Shown: piece by piece, positions 18,026-27,759 of the stretch
Numbering within the stretch: the stretch's first letter is position 1
How the letters are laid out: each line of letters begins with the position of its first letter
Source: a virus
Virus record (IMG/VR): IMGVR_UViG_3300005336_000001
Location: 1-64,000 of that record
Reading direction: 5' to 3' (one strand)
DNA: 64,000 nt
Position numbers and translations under genes: made by a program
The notes under the pieces: model-generated
Databases searched by the model: none
Told to the model about the DNA's origin: nothing
The model's input: only the letters and a program-made list of their open reading frames with translations

Positions 18026-19686
18026 GAAAAGTCAAATCACTAGATAAGGTTCCTACGCCAGCGCCGGACGTCATAACCAAGGTTGTGCCGGTACCTACTG
18101 ATGGTTGGGACGCTATTTCGCCTTTGGCGTCCATGGACCCAAAACGTGCACCTATTCTCAATAACTGGATTCCACGACCCGGCTGGGTTGAATTACGCAA
18201 GGGTTATTTCCCTTGGGTACTTCTTGATGAAATAGTCCCAGTGGAAACTATCATGGTGCGTCGTGCTGAGGGTGGCGAACAAATGTTTGTTGCTGCTGGC
18301 AACACCATTTATGATGCTTCCACGTCAGCGGCTCCCACTGTTGCTGTTACTGGATTAAACTCTGCCCGTTGGCAATATGCCAATTTCACCCCAGCCCTCG
18401 GCACCACAGTCATCCAAATTGTCAATGGAATTGACACGTTGAGGATGTATGACGGCATCACGTGGACGACCCCAACTATCACGGGTTTGCCCGGTGGCCG
18501 CACTACTGCATCCATTACCAATATCCATGTTCAAAAGCGTAGGTTCTGGTACGTCTTGGGTGACGGCTCTGGTGGTGGCTCTACCGTAGCCGCTTTCATG
18601 CCTACGGATGCAATCATGGGAGCTATTGATGGCACCCTTGATCTTGGTGCAAACTGGAGCAAAGGTGGCTATCTTGTTGCTATTGCCGATTGGACATTGG
18701 ATGGTGGCAATGGCCCATCCGACTACATGGTTTTCATTTCATCCAGAGGCCAAGTCACCATCTTCAGTGGTGTAGACCCAACTGATGCTACCAACTGGAT
18801 TTTGGCTGGCACGTTTGATCTATCTCCACCAATTAGCCTTCGTTGTGCTACCAAGATTGGTTCTGACGTTGGCCTTATTACACAACAAGGTGTCATTCCA
18901 CTTTCACAAGCCCTTCCCTATGAGGCTGGTGCTGAACGCAGTGTGGCGATCACTGCTCGCATTCAAAATGCGATGGCACAGGCGGCGATCGTCGGTCTGG
19001 ATTTGTTTGGTTGGCAATTGATCAGTTTCGCACCTGAAACTGTTGCCATCTTGAATGTGCCTCAAGTTGAGAACAAAACTCAAGTTCAATACGTGATGAA
19101 TGTTCTTACTGGCGCGTGGGCACAGTTCACTGGCTGGAACGCTAATTGTTTTGAAGTCTACAATAATGAATTGTTCTTTGGCGGCAATTCAGGAGAAATA
19201 AACAGAGCGTTTGTGGGGAGCAGTGATTTTTCAACCCCCATCCTTGCTGACATGCAATGTGCCTACAATTACTTTGATGCACCGGGACGTTTGAAGCGTA
19301 TGACGGCCGTCCAGCCTTTCATCACGGCTGGTGAGACAATCACACCTTTCATTTCAGTAGATGTGGATTTCAAAATCCAAGAGTTGAATGCCCCTATTCA
19401 AATTTTGAATGGTGGTGCGTTGTGGGATACCGCAATTTGGGATACGTCAGTTTGGTTTGGTTCCATTATTCAAACTACAGATTGGCTAAGTGCTCAAGCA
19501 CTGGGTCACGCATTGGCAGTCCACATGACCGTCAACGTTGCTAGTATCTCAGCAGATGGAACACAAGCTCTTTTTGACTTCTCACTCTTTGATGATGCGG
19601 TTTTTGACTCTGGATTTGATCAAAATGCATCTATCCTGCAAGTGAATGCTTTTAACACAATACTAGAAATGGGGGGGTTCATTTAG
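18022..19686 (+). CDS. head-closure / DNA stabilisation protein (P22 gp10-like)
   Basis: 554 aa beta-propeller-like sequence followed by GNAT and ejection genes. Confidence 0.7.
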   Translation: MRKVKSLDKVPTPAPDVITKVVPVPTDGWDAISPLASMDPKRAPILNNWIPRPGWVELRKGYFPWVLLDEIVPVETIMVRRAEGGEQMFVAAGNTIYDASTSAAPTVAVTGLNSARWQYANFTPALGTTVIQIVNGIDTLRMYDGITWTTPTITGLPGGRTTASITNIHVQKRRFWYVLGDGSGGGSTVAAFMPTDAIMGAIDGTLDLGANWSKGGYLVAIADWTLDGGNGPSDYMVFISSRGQVTIFSGVDPTDATNWILAGTFDLSPPISLRCATKIGSDVGLITQQGVIPLSQALPYEAGAERSVAITARIQNAMAQAAIVGLDLFGWQLISFAPETVAILNVPQVENKTQVQYVMNVLTGAWAQFTGWNANCFEVYNNELFFGGNSGEINRAFVGSSDFSTPILADMQCAYNYFDAPGRLKRMTAVQPFITAGETITPFISVDVDFKIQELNAPIQILNGGALWDTAIWDTSVWFGSIIQTTDWLSAQALGHALAVHMTVNVASISADGTQALFDFSLFDDAVFDSGFDQNASILQVNAFNTILEMGGFI

Positions 19687-20130
19687 ATGTCTAAAGGTCT
19701 TTTGTTGGATGCTGACGCATTAGTGGCTGGTTGGGCTTTTCAAACTCACAACAAGGTTCCAATTCATGTGGATCGGGCATTAGGAATCATCGATAACAAT
19801 GTAATTGTCGGTGCCGCACTGTTTTCATCCTACAACGGTGTGAACGCTGATCTATCCTACTACGGCAAAGGCACCGTCACTGTTGGAATTATCAGGGCAC
19901 TTGTGAGGATAGGACTTTATGAGTTGCGCCTGTCAAGATGTACGGCTATTGTCCCTAAACGTCCAAGTTATCTTCTAAAGAAGCTTCCCAAGCTTGGCTT
20001 CAGATACGAAGGCGTTCAGCGTAGATATTACGGTCCCACAGATTCCGCACGTCACGTAGGGTGCCGTTTTGTTTTGTTCAGAGAAGACATGGAAAAGCTT
20101 CTATCTGAACGTCACAAGAAAGTTGCATAA
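19687..20130 (+). CDS. GNAT-fold acetyltransferase-like virion protein
   Basis: KLGFRYEG motif; typical position. Confidence 0.75.
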   Translation: MSKGLLLDADALVAGWAFQTHNKVPIHVDRALGIIDNNVIVGAALFSSYNGVNADLSYYGKGTVTVGIIRALVRIGLYELRLSRCTAIVPKRPSYLLKKLPKLGFRYEGVQRRYYGPTDSARHVGCRFVLFREDMEKLLSERHKKVA

Positions 20131-20354
20131 TGTTTGGTGCAGACGTTGGTTCACCGCAATTAGGAAGTCCGGCTGCGTCTGTAAATTCGCAGTCTGTTCA
20201 GCTTTTGGGAAATCAACAAGGTGCGCCCCCACAGAATGTTTATCCAAATTTTGATCCCGGAATTTTGAATACCACAGCCCCTATTTCATCTTCCACAAAT
20301 CCGAGCATTGCTTACATGGTTAAAGCTTTAAAAGGTGATTCTAAAAATGGGTAA
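20130..20354 (+). CDS. hypothetical protein
   Basis: TAATG coupling. Confidence 0.6.
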   Translation: MFGADVGSPQLGSPAASVNSQSVQLLGNQQGAPPQNVYPNFDPGILNTTAPISSSTNPSIAYMVKALKGDSKNG

Positions 20355-21240
20355 TTCTCCTGATCCGCCACCAGTAGCAGATCCAAATGTTGTGGCTGGC
20401 AATCAAGCTGCCCTCAACAAGACGGCTGCCATTGATTCTCAACAAGGATCGATGGTCAATCAATCCAATCCTTTTGGAAGTTTGACATATACTCAGACTG
20501 GAACTTCTGCGGATGGCACACCGCTGTATACTGCCAACACGCAATACACAGGAACTAATGCTGATCTTTTAAATATCCTTCAAGGCACCCAAAAGACAGC
20601 CGGGCAGGCCGGGCAAAATCTTATCAGTGGTGCCAATTACGGCGCGGCACAGCCGGGCGATGTCATTGGCAATGCCACAAAGGGCCTCACACAGCAGGCG
20701 ATGGCACAGCAAGTGGCTTATCTTCAGCCACAGTTTGACTATGACACCAGTAAGCTCGATACCAAATTGAAGAACCAAGGTCTTAATCCGGGAACACCGG
20801 GTTACGATCAGGCCATGAACGCGCTTAAGCAAAGTCAAGGACAGACTGTCACTGGCTTTGAAGCGTCCATGGAACCACAGATGTACCAACAGGCAACTCA
20901 GAACTATCTGCTGCCTGCACAACTTGGTGGAACGTTGGCTGGTTTGGGCTCACCTACAGCACCAACTTGGAACTCAACCCCGAATTTTAACGTTCAATCG
21001 CCTGATCTAATTGGTGCCACGAATAGTGCACAGCAAGCGCAGCAAGCGCAGTATCAAGCACAACTTGCTCAGAGCAATAACATGATGTCTGGATTGTTTG
21101 GTATCCCAACAGCCATTCTCGGTGGTTGGGCAAAGGGTGGTGGGTTAGGTAGCCTTCTTGGTGCTGGTGGTTTGGGTGCCAGCACTGCGGATGCAGGTTT
21201 GGCTAGCCTTGCCTCTCTTGGCCCGGCTGCGATTATATGA
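20347..21240 (+). CDS. putative ejection/pilot protein
   Basis: MGNSPDPPP N-terminus; Q/A/G-rich; hydrophobic Gly-rich C-terminus. Confidence 0.65.
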   Translation: MGNSPDPPPVADPNVVAGNQAALNKTAAIDSQQGSMVNQSNPFGSLTYTQTGTSADGTPLYTANTQYTGTNADLLNILQGTQKTAGQAGQNLISGANYGAAQPGDVIGNATKGLTQQAMAQQVAYLQPQFDYDTSKLDTKLKNQGLNPGTPGYDQAMNALKQSQGQTVTGFEASMEPQMYQQATQNYLLPAQLGGTLAGLGSPTAPTWNSTPNFNVQSPDLIGATNSAQQAQQAQYQAQLAQSNNMMSGLFGIPTAILGGWAKGGGLGSLLGAGGLGASTADAGLASLASLGPAAII

Positions 21241-21719
21241 TCCAATTCTTGGATACAGGGTCTTGTGTTCCAGAGAGTCCTGAAACGTTGCGTATCCAAC
21301 AAGATCAGCTTATCAGGAAGAAACGTGTTGCTCAGATGTTTCCAATCGGTACTGAGGAGCTTCCACTTCCTGAAGGTCATATGCGTCACGCCAACTTCAG
21401 AGGTGTTTTTCACTACAATCCAGCGTTGGTCAGCCCTGAAATGATTGATTTCTTAGGTTTGACTGGAAGTGAGAACCAAATTCTAAATCTTGGCTTCTAC
21501 AATAAGACTGAAATAGCGCAACGAGTTAGGGCTGGTGAACAACTGACTTGTATCGTAGAAATGACGCAAGACGGTGTTGAGATTCGTTCAGCGGCAGCAA
21601 CCGACAAAACGCTTCCGTCACAAAAAGCGTACTTTGAAAACACAAAAGAGCCTAACAGTGTCATTGTGACAGGAATTCTACCCGTTAGGGTCGCGAACGC
21701 AATAGAAGGTAAAAAGTGA
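21237..21719 (+). CDS. hypothetical protein
   Basis: 160 aa; ATGA coupling. Confidence 0.7.
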   Translation: MIQFLDTGSCVPESPETLRIQQDQLIRKKRVAQMFPIGTEELPLPEGHMRHANFRGVFHYNPALVSPEMIDFLGLTGSENQILNLGFYNKTEIAQRVRAGEQLTCIVEMTQDGVEIRSAAATDKTLPSQKAYFENTKEPNSVIVTGILPVRVANAIEGKK

Positions 21720-22111
21720 TGGATCCAACTCAAACAACCCCATCTTACTTGCAACAACAGCCAAACAATCCGACTTATCCGGGTGCCATTTCCAATATGA
21801 TCAAGGCAATCATGTCGGGAAATGATCAATTCAAGGCAGCACAAGCCAAAGCAGCTACCGCACAAGGCACTCCACAATTGGCACCTCCTTCGCCATCTGT
21901 ACCCATACCAATGAGTGGTGCCCAATCGCCTGCTGCGCCGATGCCAGCGCCGCCCATGCCTACTGCTGGTGCCACGCCACCAGTTTCTATGCCCATGCCG
22001 GTTAGCCCTACTTCCATGGGAGGTGGTGTGCCGCTTCCAGGAATGCCGAACGGTATTGATCCATCTATGCAAGCTTTGTTTAGTCAAATTCCAGGTGCTG
22101 GAGGTCAATAA
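21716..22111 (+). CDS. Pro/Met-rich hypothetical protein
   Basis: Coupled at both ends. Confidence 0.65.
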   Translation: MMDPTQTTPSYLQQQPNNPTYPGAISNMIKAIMSGNDQFKAAQAKAATAQGTPQLAPPSPSVPIPMSGAQSPAAPMPAPPMPTAGATPPVSMPMPVSPTSMGGGVPLPGMPNGIDPSMQALFSQIPGAGGQ

Positions 22112-24528
22112 TGGACTACAATGGCCCTCTTTCTTACAATACCGATAACCTTGGGCAGACACCTGCTCAGGTTAAGGCCACTATGGATTATGCCAAGGCT
22201 CTGATGACTGGTTCCGGTCAACAGCCGGTCAAGCATTGGACACAGGGTCTTAGCAACGTCGTTAATGCACTTGTTGGTGGTGATCTTGACTATCGTGCAG
22301 CTCTTGCCGAGAAGCATGGCATTCAAGATTTTGCTTCCAAGCAAAAGACCGACATTCCAGCACAGAACTATCCAGTTGCCCCCGTGGGCACAGCGGCACC
22401 GCCGCCTTTCCCCGCTCCACTTCCGGGTCAAACGTCTTTTAGTGAGGGCACCGCCTTTGACAGCCCTAAAACTGCGGACGCTTCACTCCCACGTGGAATT
22501 CGCAACAACAATCCATTGAACATTGAGGCTGGAGACTTTACCAAAAGTCAGCCGGGTTTCACTGGTTCTGATGGTCGTTTTGCCAAGTTTGAAAAGCCTG
22601 AACAGGGCGTGGCAGCGGCCAATGCCCTTCTTGACAGCTATGAGAAGCGCGGATTGAATACTGTCGCTGGCATTGTTGGTCGTTGGGCTCCTGCCTCAGA
22701 TGGCAATAATGTTTCTGCCTACGCCGCTAATGTAGCGAAGCAATTGGGTGTCGATCCTGACCAGCCATTGCCACCAGAGATGCGATCAAAATTGATTGCA
22801 GCCATGGGGCAGCATGAGAATGGTCGTCCCATCCAAGTGGCGGGGGCGGTAGCCCCATCGGCTGCTCCGATTGCTTTTGCTGGCCCTGACAACGTGAGCA
22901 ACATCCCGGCTGTGCAAGCAATGTCGTCCGCCTTGCGTGGTGGCCCATCTGATGCTGGTGGACCGGGCGTGCAGGTTGCCGGTGGAAAAGCCGTACCGCC
23001 TGCCTCAATCAATCTTCAGCGCCCTGATCCGCAAGCCGGTACAACACTGATCAATCCTGCCTTGATTAAGCCGCAGCCGGGCTACACTCCTTCGCAGCTT
23101 CAAGCTGTGATGGAGCATCCTTTTGCCTCACCCGAACAACGGGAGGCAGCGCACCAAATGATGTTACGCCGTGGTCAAACAATTGAGATGCGTTCACCAA
23201 CTGGTGTGGGCACTGTCATGGTTGATCCCAATGATCCGCGTGTGCAGCAATACATTGCGCCAGAACCACATTGGGGAACAAAGAAGGTCAGCTCGGAAGG
23301 TATTGAACAGCCGACGGCGACCACTTTTGATGCACAGGGCAGACCAATAGTGGTTGCTCCACCTTCTGCTGTAAACGGAAGCTTCCACCCAGTTAATGGC
23401 CCGCGTAGCGAAGCGGCCCCTGTCGCGCCCGCTGGGGCGGTTTTGCCTTCAAACGGCACACCGGGCACTCCTGCGGCTGAAAACGCACCAGTGAGCCCGA
23501 CAGGGGCACCTGAAATGCCTGTTAAGGTAGTCTCTACTGATCCAGCGGCGGGTGTGGCTGCGACTGTTGGCAGACCTACGGTTCCGGCTGTGCCAAGCCC
23601 TGTCAGCCCATTGGCACAAGCCATGCGAACTGCCCCTCCCGGCATCAGTCAAGAGGACTTTGACACCATTCAAGGCATGCGCAAGGCAAAGAACGATGCT
23701 GAAGCTGCGCAACATCAAATTATCAACAATATGGATGTTGATAAGGACGCACAGCAAAAGACGGCTGAGTTTGCCATTAAGAAGTATGACACGTTGAGTA
23801 CACAAGCGGCGGCTGCGCGCAAGCAGATGCCGAATCTTGATTACGCCAGTGCGTTGATGAACGATCCAAAGTTCTACTCTGGTTTTGCCGCCAACGAAGT
23901 CACGGCTATCAAAAAAGTCATGGCAGCGTTCCCCGGTATGTTTGGGGCTGATGCTGCTACAGGCGCTGCACCAAATGAAGTCTTCAACAAGGTGATTTCG
24001 GGTAGCATCCTTGACAACATGAAAACCGCTCTTGGCGGTTTGGGTCAGGTGCGTCTTGCTGAAATTGATCTGCTGAAACAGGCCAATGCGAGCAGTCAGA
24101 ATACTCCTGCTTCCAACAGAGCACTTCTTGAACTTGCAAAACGCTCAGTTAATAGTGTGGATCATCTTGATGATCTTGGGCAGCAATACTTCTCAGGTGC
24201 TGAGGTCACGGACCCAGTGGATGGCAAAGTGTTGCTTCCTGCCAACCTTGACAAGTCAGGTGAGATTGCCCCACGGCGCGGCCTTGACGTGGGCTTTGAC
24301 AAACTGGCTCGCAAATTCACCCTTGAGCATCCAACGCTGACCAAGGATGAAATTGCTAGATATCAAACCATCTTTAAAACTGGCATTGACCCTAATGCAC
24401 CGACTACCCCAACTCCGGCTGCATCGGGGGGTGCCCCTGCGAAGGGCACTATTCAGGATTTCAGTGACGGCAAAGGCGGCACGGTCAAAGGCCAGTGGGA
24501 TGGAACTAAGTGGGGTCCGGTAAAATAA
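22111..24528 (+). CDS. internal virion protein with lysozyme-like RGIRNNNPLNI domain
   Basis: RGIRNNNPLNI...RWAP..DGNN..AY...HENG. Confidence 0.75.
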   Translation: MDYNGPLSYNTDNLGQTPAQVKATMDYAKALMTGSGQQPVKHWTQGLSNVVNALVGGDLDYRAALAEKHGIQDFASKQKTDIPAQNYPVAPVGTAAPPPFPAPLPGQTSFSEGTAFDSPKTADASLPRGIRNNNPLNIEAGDFTKSQPGFTGSDGRFAKFEKPEQGVAAANALLDSYEKRGLNTVAGIVGRWAPASDGNNVSAYAANVAKQLGVDPDQPLPPEMRSKLIAAMGQHENGRPIQVAGAVAPSAAPIAFAGPDNVSNIPAVQAMSSALRGGPSDAGGPGVQVAGGKAVPPASINLQRPDPQAGTTLINPALIKPQPGYTPSQLQAVMEHPFASPEQREAAHQMMLRRGQTIEMRSPTGVGTVMVDPNDPRVQQYIAPEPHWGTKKVSSEGIEQPTATTFDAQGRPIVVAPPSAVNGSFHPVNGPRSEAAPVAPAGAVLPSNGTPGTPAAENAPVSPTGAPEMPVKVVSTDPAAGVAATVGRPTVPAVPSPVSPLAQAMRTAPPGISQEDFDTIQGMRKAKNDAEAAQHQIINNMDVDKDAQQKTAEFAIKKYDTLSTQAAAARKQMPNLDYASALMNDPKFYSGFAANEVTAIKKVMAAFPGMFGADAATGAAPNEVFNKVISGSILDNMKTALGGLGQVRLAEIDLLKQANASSQNTPASNRALLELAKRSVNSVDHLDDLGQQYFSGAEVTDPVDGKVLLPANLDKSGEIAPRRGLDVGFDKLARKFTLEHPTLTKDEIARYQTIFKTGIDPNAPTTPTPAASGGAPAKGTIQDFSDGKGGTVKGQWDGTKWGPVK

Positions 24529-24529
24529 G

Positions 24530-26251
24530 ATGGCGGAAATTGCACCATGGCTAATTCCTGAAACTGAACAGCCCCCGGCTGATAGCAATATTGCGCCTTG
24601 GCTTCAGTCAGAGGAAAAGCCCGGCATCGCCAAGGATATTGCCAAGACAGCAGCTCCTTCGGTGTTGCGAGGCAGCCTTGCCTTGATTTCCACTCCTCGC
24701 ACTATCAGTGATATGACCGGGGCTGGTATCAATTGGCTTGCCAACAAGATTGCACCACAAGCTGTTGCTGATGTCGCTAACAAATTCCATGAATGGGATG
24801 GTGGCGAGACAGGCAAATTGTTGAACAATGCTTTCCCACCCTATGAAAAGATGAAAGGTGATGTTGAAAAGGACATCACTGGGCCATTGTATGAGGCAAA
24901 GACCACTCCCGGCAAAGTTGTCCAAACGGGTTTGGAAGTGGCACCGTCATTGTTGGCTGGTGGTGAAGGAGCTCTCCCCACGTTAGTTAAAGCTCTCGGC
25001 GCTGGTGTAGGTTCAGAAGGGGCTGGGACGGCTGCCCATGCAGTTTCTGATTATCTGCCTACATGGGCCGAACCTGTGGCACGTGGCGTTGGCGGTCTTT
25101 TGGGTGGCACCTTTGGGCCTTCTACAGCCCGTCGTGCTGTTACACCATTGCCCATGAGTGCCGAGCAAGAGGCTACTGTGGCAGCCTTGAAAGCTGAACA
25201 TCCTGATCTGATCAATGCTTCTACGGCAGGCCAATTGACTAACAGTCCCCGTTTGATGAATTTGGAAAGCCGTACTTCGGTTGGCCGTGATGCTGCAAAA
25301 AACCAAAATGAAGCATTCACTGAAGGCACTATGAAAAAGATGGGTGTCGACGGTTTGGCTACTCCTGAAAACATCGCCAAAGGCAATCAAATCGGTAAGG
25401 ATATTGGTGATATCCGTCGTAGCAATGCTATTAACTCAACTGAATTTCCACGGCTCAATACTGAGATCAGTCAGATTGTGCGGAAACATACTGGCACTGT
25501 TGGCAAGGAGGATGCCAAGACTATTGCTGACATTCAAAAGGAAATTAAACTGGGGGCAGCCAATAACCCAACAGTAATGTCCATGCCGGGTGCACGGTAT
25601 GATTACTTGCGTCAGAAGCTTCAGACAGCCATTGATGGGTCCGGAACCGGCACTGAGAATAAGGCCATGAGCGGTATCCGCTCAAAGCTTGATGAAGCGT
25701 TTCATAGATCAATTCCGGCTGAAGAGTCAGCTCGTTTGAAGGAGCTGGAAAAACAATACGTCAATTACAACGTCATCAAGAACCTTCCTAAGGAAAGTGG
25801 TGATGTTATCACACCCAAGGAACTACGCTCTGGCATGAAGCGACAGGATGTCAACACCAACAAGGGTGATCTGGCACCGTGGGCTAACAATGCTGAGAAG
25901 GTTATGGTGGAACACGCACCAACACCTGATAAATCAAAAGTTCCACCATTGGTCGACCTTGGCTTGGCGAGCTTGTCCGGCTTGTTGCATGGTGGTGCTG
26001 CACACCACTATGGCGGCGGAGCGGCTGGTATTATGGGCCTTGGTGAAGGTTCAGTTCTAGGCCATCTTCTTGCTCCTTCAGTTTATCATGGAATAGCGGA
26101 TGTAGGGGCACACGCTGTTTCCAATAAAGCTTCCCAAGCTTACTTGAAGAATCAACTGTTGATGCCCGGTAAAGCATCAACGGCTGATTTGAAGACGCTT
26201 GTTAAACTCCTTGGTTCTCCTGAAGGGCAAGCTGCGTTGCCGTCGCAGTAA
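24530..26251 (+). CDS. putative DNA ejection protein
   Basis: 573 aa, A/G-rich helical; position. Confidence 0.6.
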   Translation: MAEIAPWLIPETEQPPADSNIAPWLQSEEKPGIAKDIAKTAAPSVLRGSLALISTPRTISDMTGAGINWLANKIAPQAVADVANKFHEWDGGETGKLLNNAFPPYEKMKGDVEKDITGPLYEAKTTPGKVVQTGLEVAPSLLAGGEGALPTLVKALGAGVGSEGAGTAAHAVSDYLPTWAEPVARGVGGLLGGTFGPSTARRAVTPLPMSAEQEATVAALKAEHPDLINASTAGQLTNSPRLMNLESRTSVGRDAAKNQNEAFTEGTMKKMGVDGLATPENIAKGNQIGKDIGDIRRSNAINSTEFPRLNTEISQIVRKHTGTVGKEDAKTIADIQKEIKLGAANNPTVMSMPGARYDYLRQKLQTAIDGSGTGTENKAMSGIRSKLDEAFHRSIPAEESARLKELEKQYVNYNVIKNLPKESGDVITPKELRSGMKRQDVNTNKGDLAPWANNAEKVMVEHAPTPDKSKVPPLVDLGLASLSGLLHGGAAHHYGGGAAGIMGLGEGSVLGHLLAPSVYHGIADVGAHAVSNKASQAYLKNQLLMPGKASTADLKTLVKLLGSPEGQAALPSQ

Positions 26252-26413
26252 GTTACGTGTAAAGTCAATCGACTTGGATAGTATCCACGTTACCGCGTAA
26301 GTGATCAGAACTGCTTCCAACATAACAGCTCCAATCTGAGCCCTAGGTGTTATGTCGGTGACATAGTAGTAAGTGACGGTTGAGAAGACCGTTATTTGTA
26401 AAGCGTACCACAT
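26177..26413 (-). CDS. opposite-strand small membrane protein
   Basis: AAGGAG SD on - strand; two hydrophobic segments. Confidence 0.65.
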   Translation of the reverse strand: MWYALQITVFSTVTYYYVTDITPRAQIGAVMLEAVLITYAVTWILSKSIDFTRNLLRRQRSLPFRRTKEFNKRLQISR

Positions 26414-26443
26414 AGCGTTTTACTCCTTTTTGTAGGACTACTA

Positions 26444-27328
26444 ATGCCAAGAAATGCAACAGGCACGTACTCTCTTCCAGAGGCTCCGTTCGTAGCCGGT
26501 ACTGTCATTTCTTCGGCAGCGGTTAACGACAACTTTAGTGACATTGCGGCAGCTTTGACCGGATCGCTTTCTCGCGGCGGCCAAGGTGGTATGACGGGAC
26601 AGTTCAAAGCCCTTGATGGCTCTGCCAGTGTTCCTTCCATTTCCTTCAATAATGATGGTGGGACTGGTCTTTACAGGCCAGCAGATCATTCAATTGCTGT
26701 TGTTGTTGACGGCACTGTATCGGCTCTTTTTACCCCTACTGGGATAACTGGAGTTTCGTCAGCGGTTTTCCAACCGGGCATGGTGATTGATTATTGTGTT
26801 GACACAGTTCCTTCGGCTTTTTGGCTTTTTTGCTATGGTCAAGCTGTAAGCAGAACTACTTACGCCGCATTATTTGCCAAAATTAACACCAAGTTTGGAT
26901 CAGGTGACGGAACTACAACTTTCAACATGCCTGATCTTCGCGGGCGTACTGTGTTTGGTGCCGATGCCATGGGAGGTGTGGCTGCCGGGCGTCTGACCAC
27001 ACCATTCTATGGCTCTGACCCAACCATTACGGGCCATGTCGGGGGCAATCAGAGTTTTACGATCACCACACCAAATCTTCCTGCTTATACTCCGAGCGGT
27101 TTGATTAACAATGGTGCGATTTCCATAAGTCAGAATGCAAACAATGTTAATGGTTCCGCCAGCACTGGTGGCGGCGCGTTCGCTGTTCCGTCACCATCAG
27201 CAGCGTCGATCTCTGCATCACAGGCTGCTTCGACTTTCACAGGAACTGCACAAGGCGGTTCATCCACTGCTTTCGCTTTGATTAACCCATCCATGATCCT
27301 TAACAAAATGATCTTCACAGGGAGTTAA
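26444..27328 (+). CDS. tail collar domain fibre protein
   Basis: WLFCYGQAVSRTTYAALF...GDGTTTFNMPDLRGR collar motif. Confidence 0.9.
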   Translation: MPRNATGTYSLPEAPFVAGTVISSAAVNDNFSDIAAALTGSLSRGGQGGMTGQFKALDGSASVPSISFNNDGGTGLYRPADHSIAVVVDGTVSALFTPTGITGVSSAVFQPGMVIDYCVDTVPSAFWLFCYGQAVSRTTYAALFAKINTKFGSGDGTTTFNMPDLRGRTVFGADAMGGVAAGRLTTPFYGSDPTITGHVGGNQSFTITTPNLPAYTPSGLINNGAISISQNANNVNGSASTGGGAFAVPSPSAASISASQAASTFTGTAQGGSSTAFALINPSMILNKMIFTGS

Positions 27329-27330
27329 GG

Positions 27331-27759
27331 ATGCCGTTCAACTCTTCAGGCGTATACACCCCTCCCGCTGGAGCTACCACCGCAGCTCCCGGCGACGTTA
27401 TTCGGTCAGCAATTTGGAATGCAATTTTCACAGATATTTCTGCGGCATTGACTTTATTAGGGGAACAGCTCTATGGGACGTCAAATGTTATTGCTACGCC
27501 ATATGTTCCAATTACTACCGATTCCTTCCTTGAAGTAAATTTTGCTGGTGCGGTGACGATCAATTTGCCCACTGGCGTGTCACGTAATGGATATCCGCTC
27601 AGGATAAAAGATGTCTCAGGGGCAGCAAACACAAACAATATCACCATCGTCCCAAACGGTGCAGAGACAATTGATGGTTTGGCGTCGATAGTCATATCTG
27701 ACTCTTACGGCGGATACAGCTTAATTCCTAAATCGACAGGATGGATGATCAGCCCATGA
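27331..27759 (+). CDS. tail/fibre-associated protein
   Basis: N-terminus paralogous to collar protein; IKD..G.A.TNNITI....ETIDG. Confidence 0.7.
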   Translation: MPFNSSGVYTPPAGATTAAPGDVIRSAIWNAIFTDISAALTLLGEQLYGTSNVIATPYVPITTDSFLEVNFAGAVTINLPTGVSRNGYPLRIKDVSGAANTNNITIVPNGAETIDGLASIVISDSYGGYSLIPKSTGWMISP

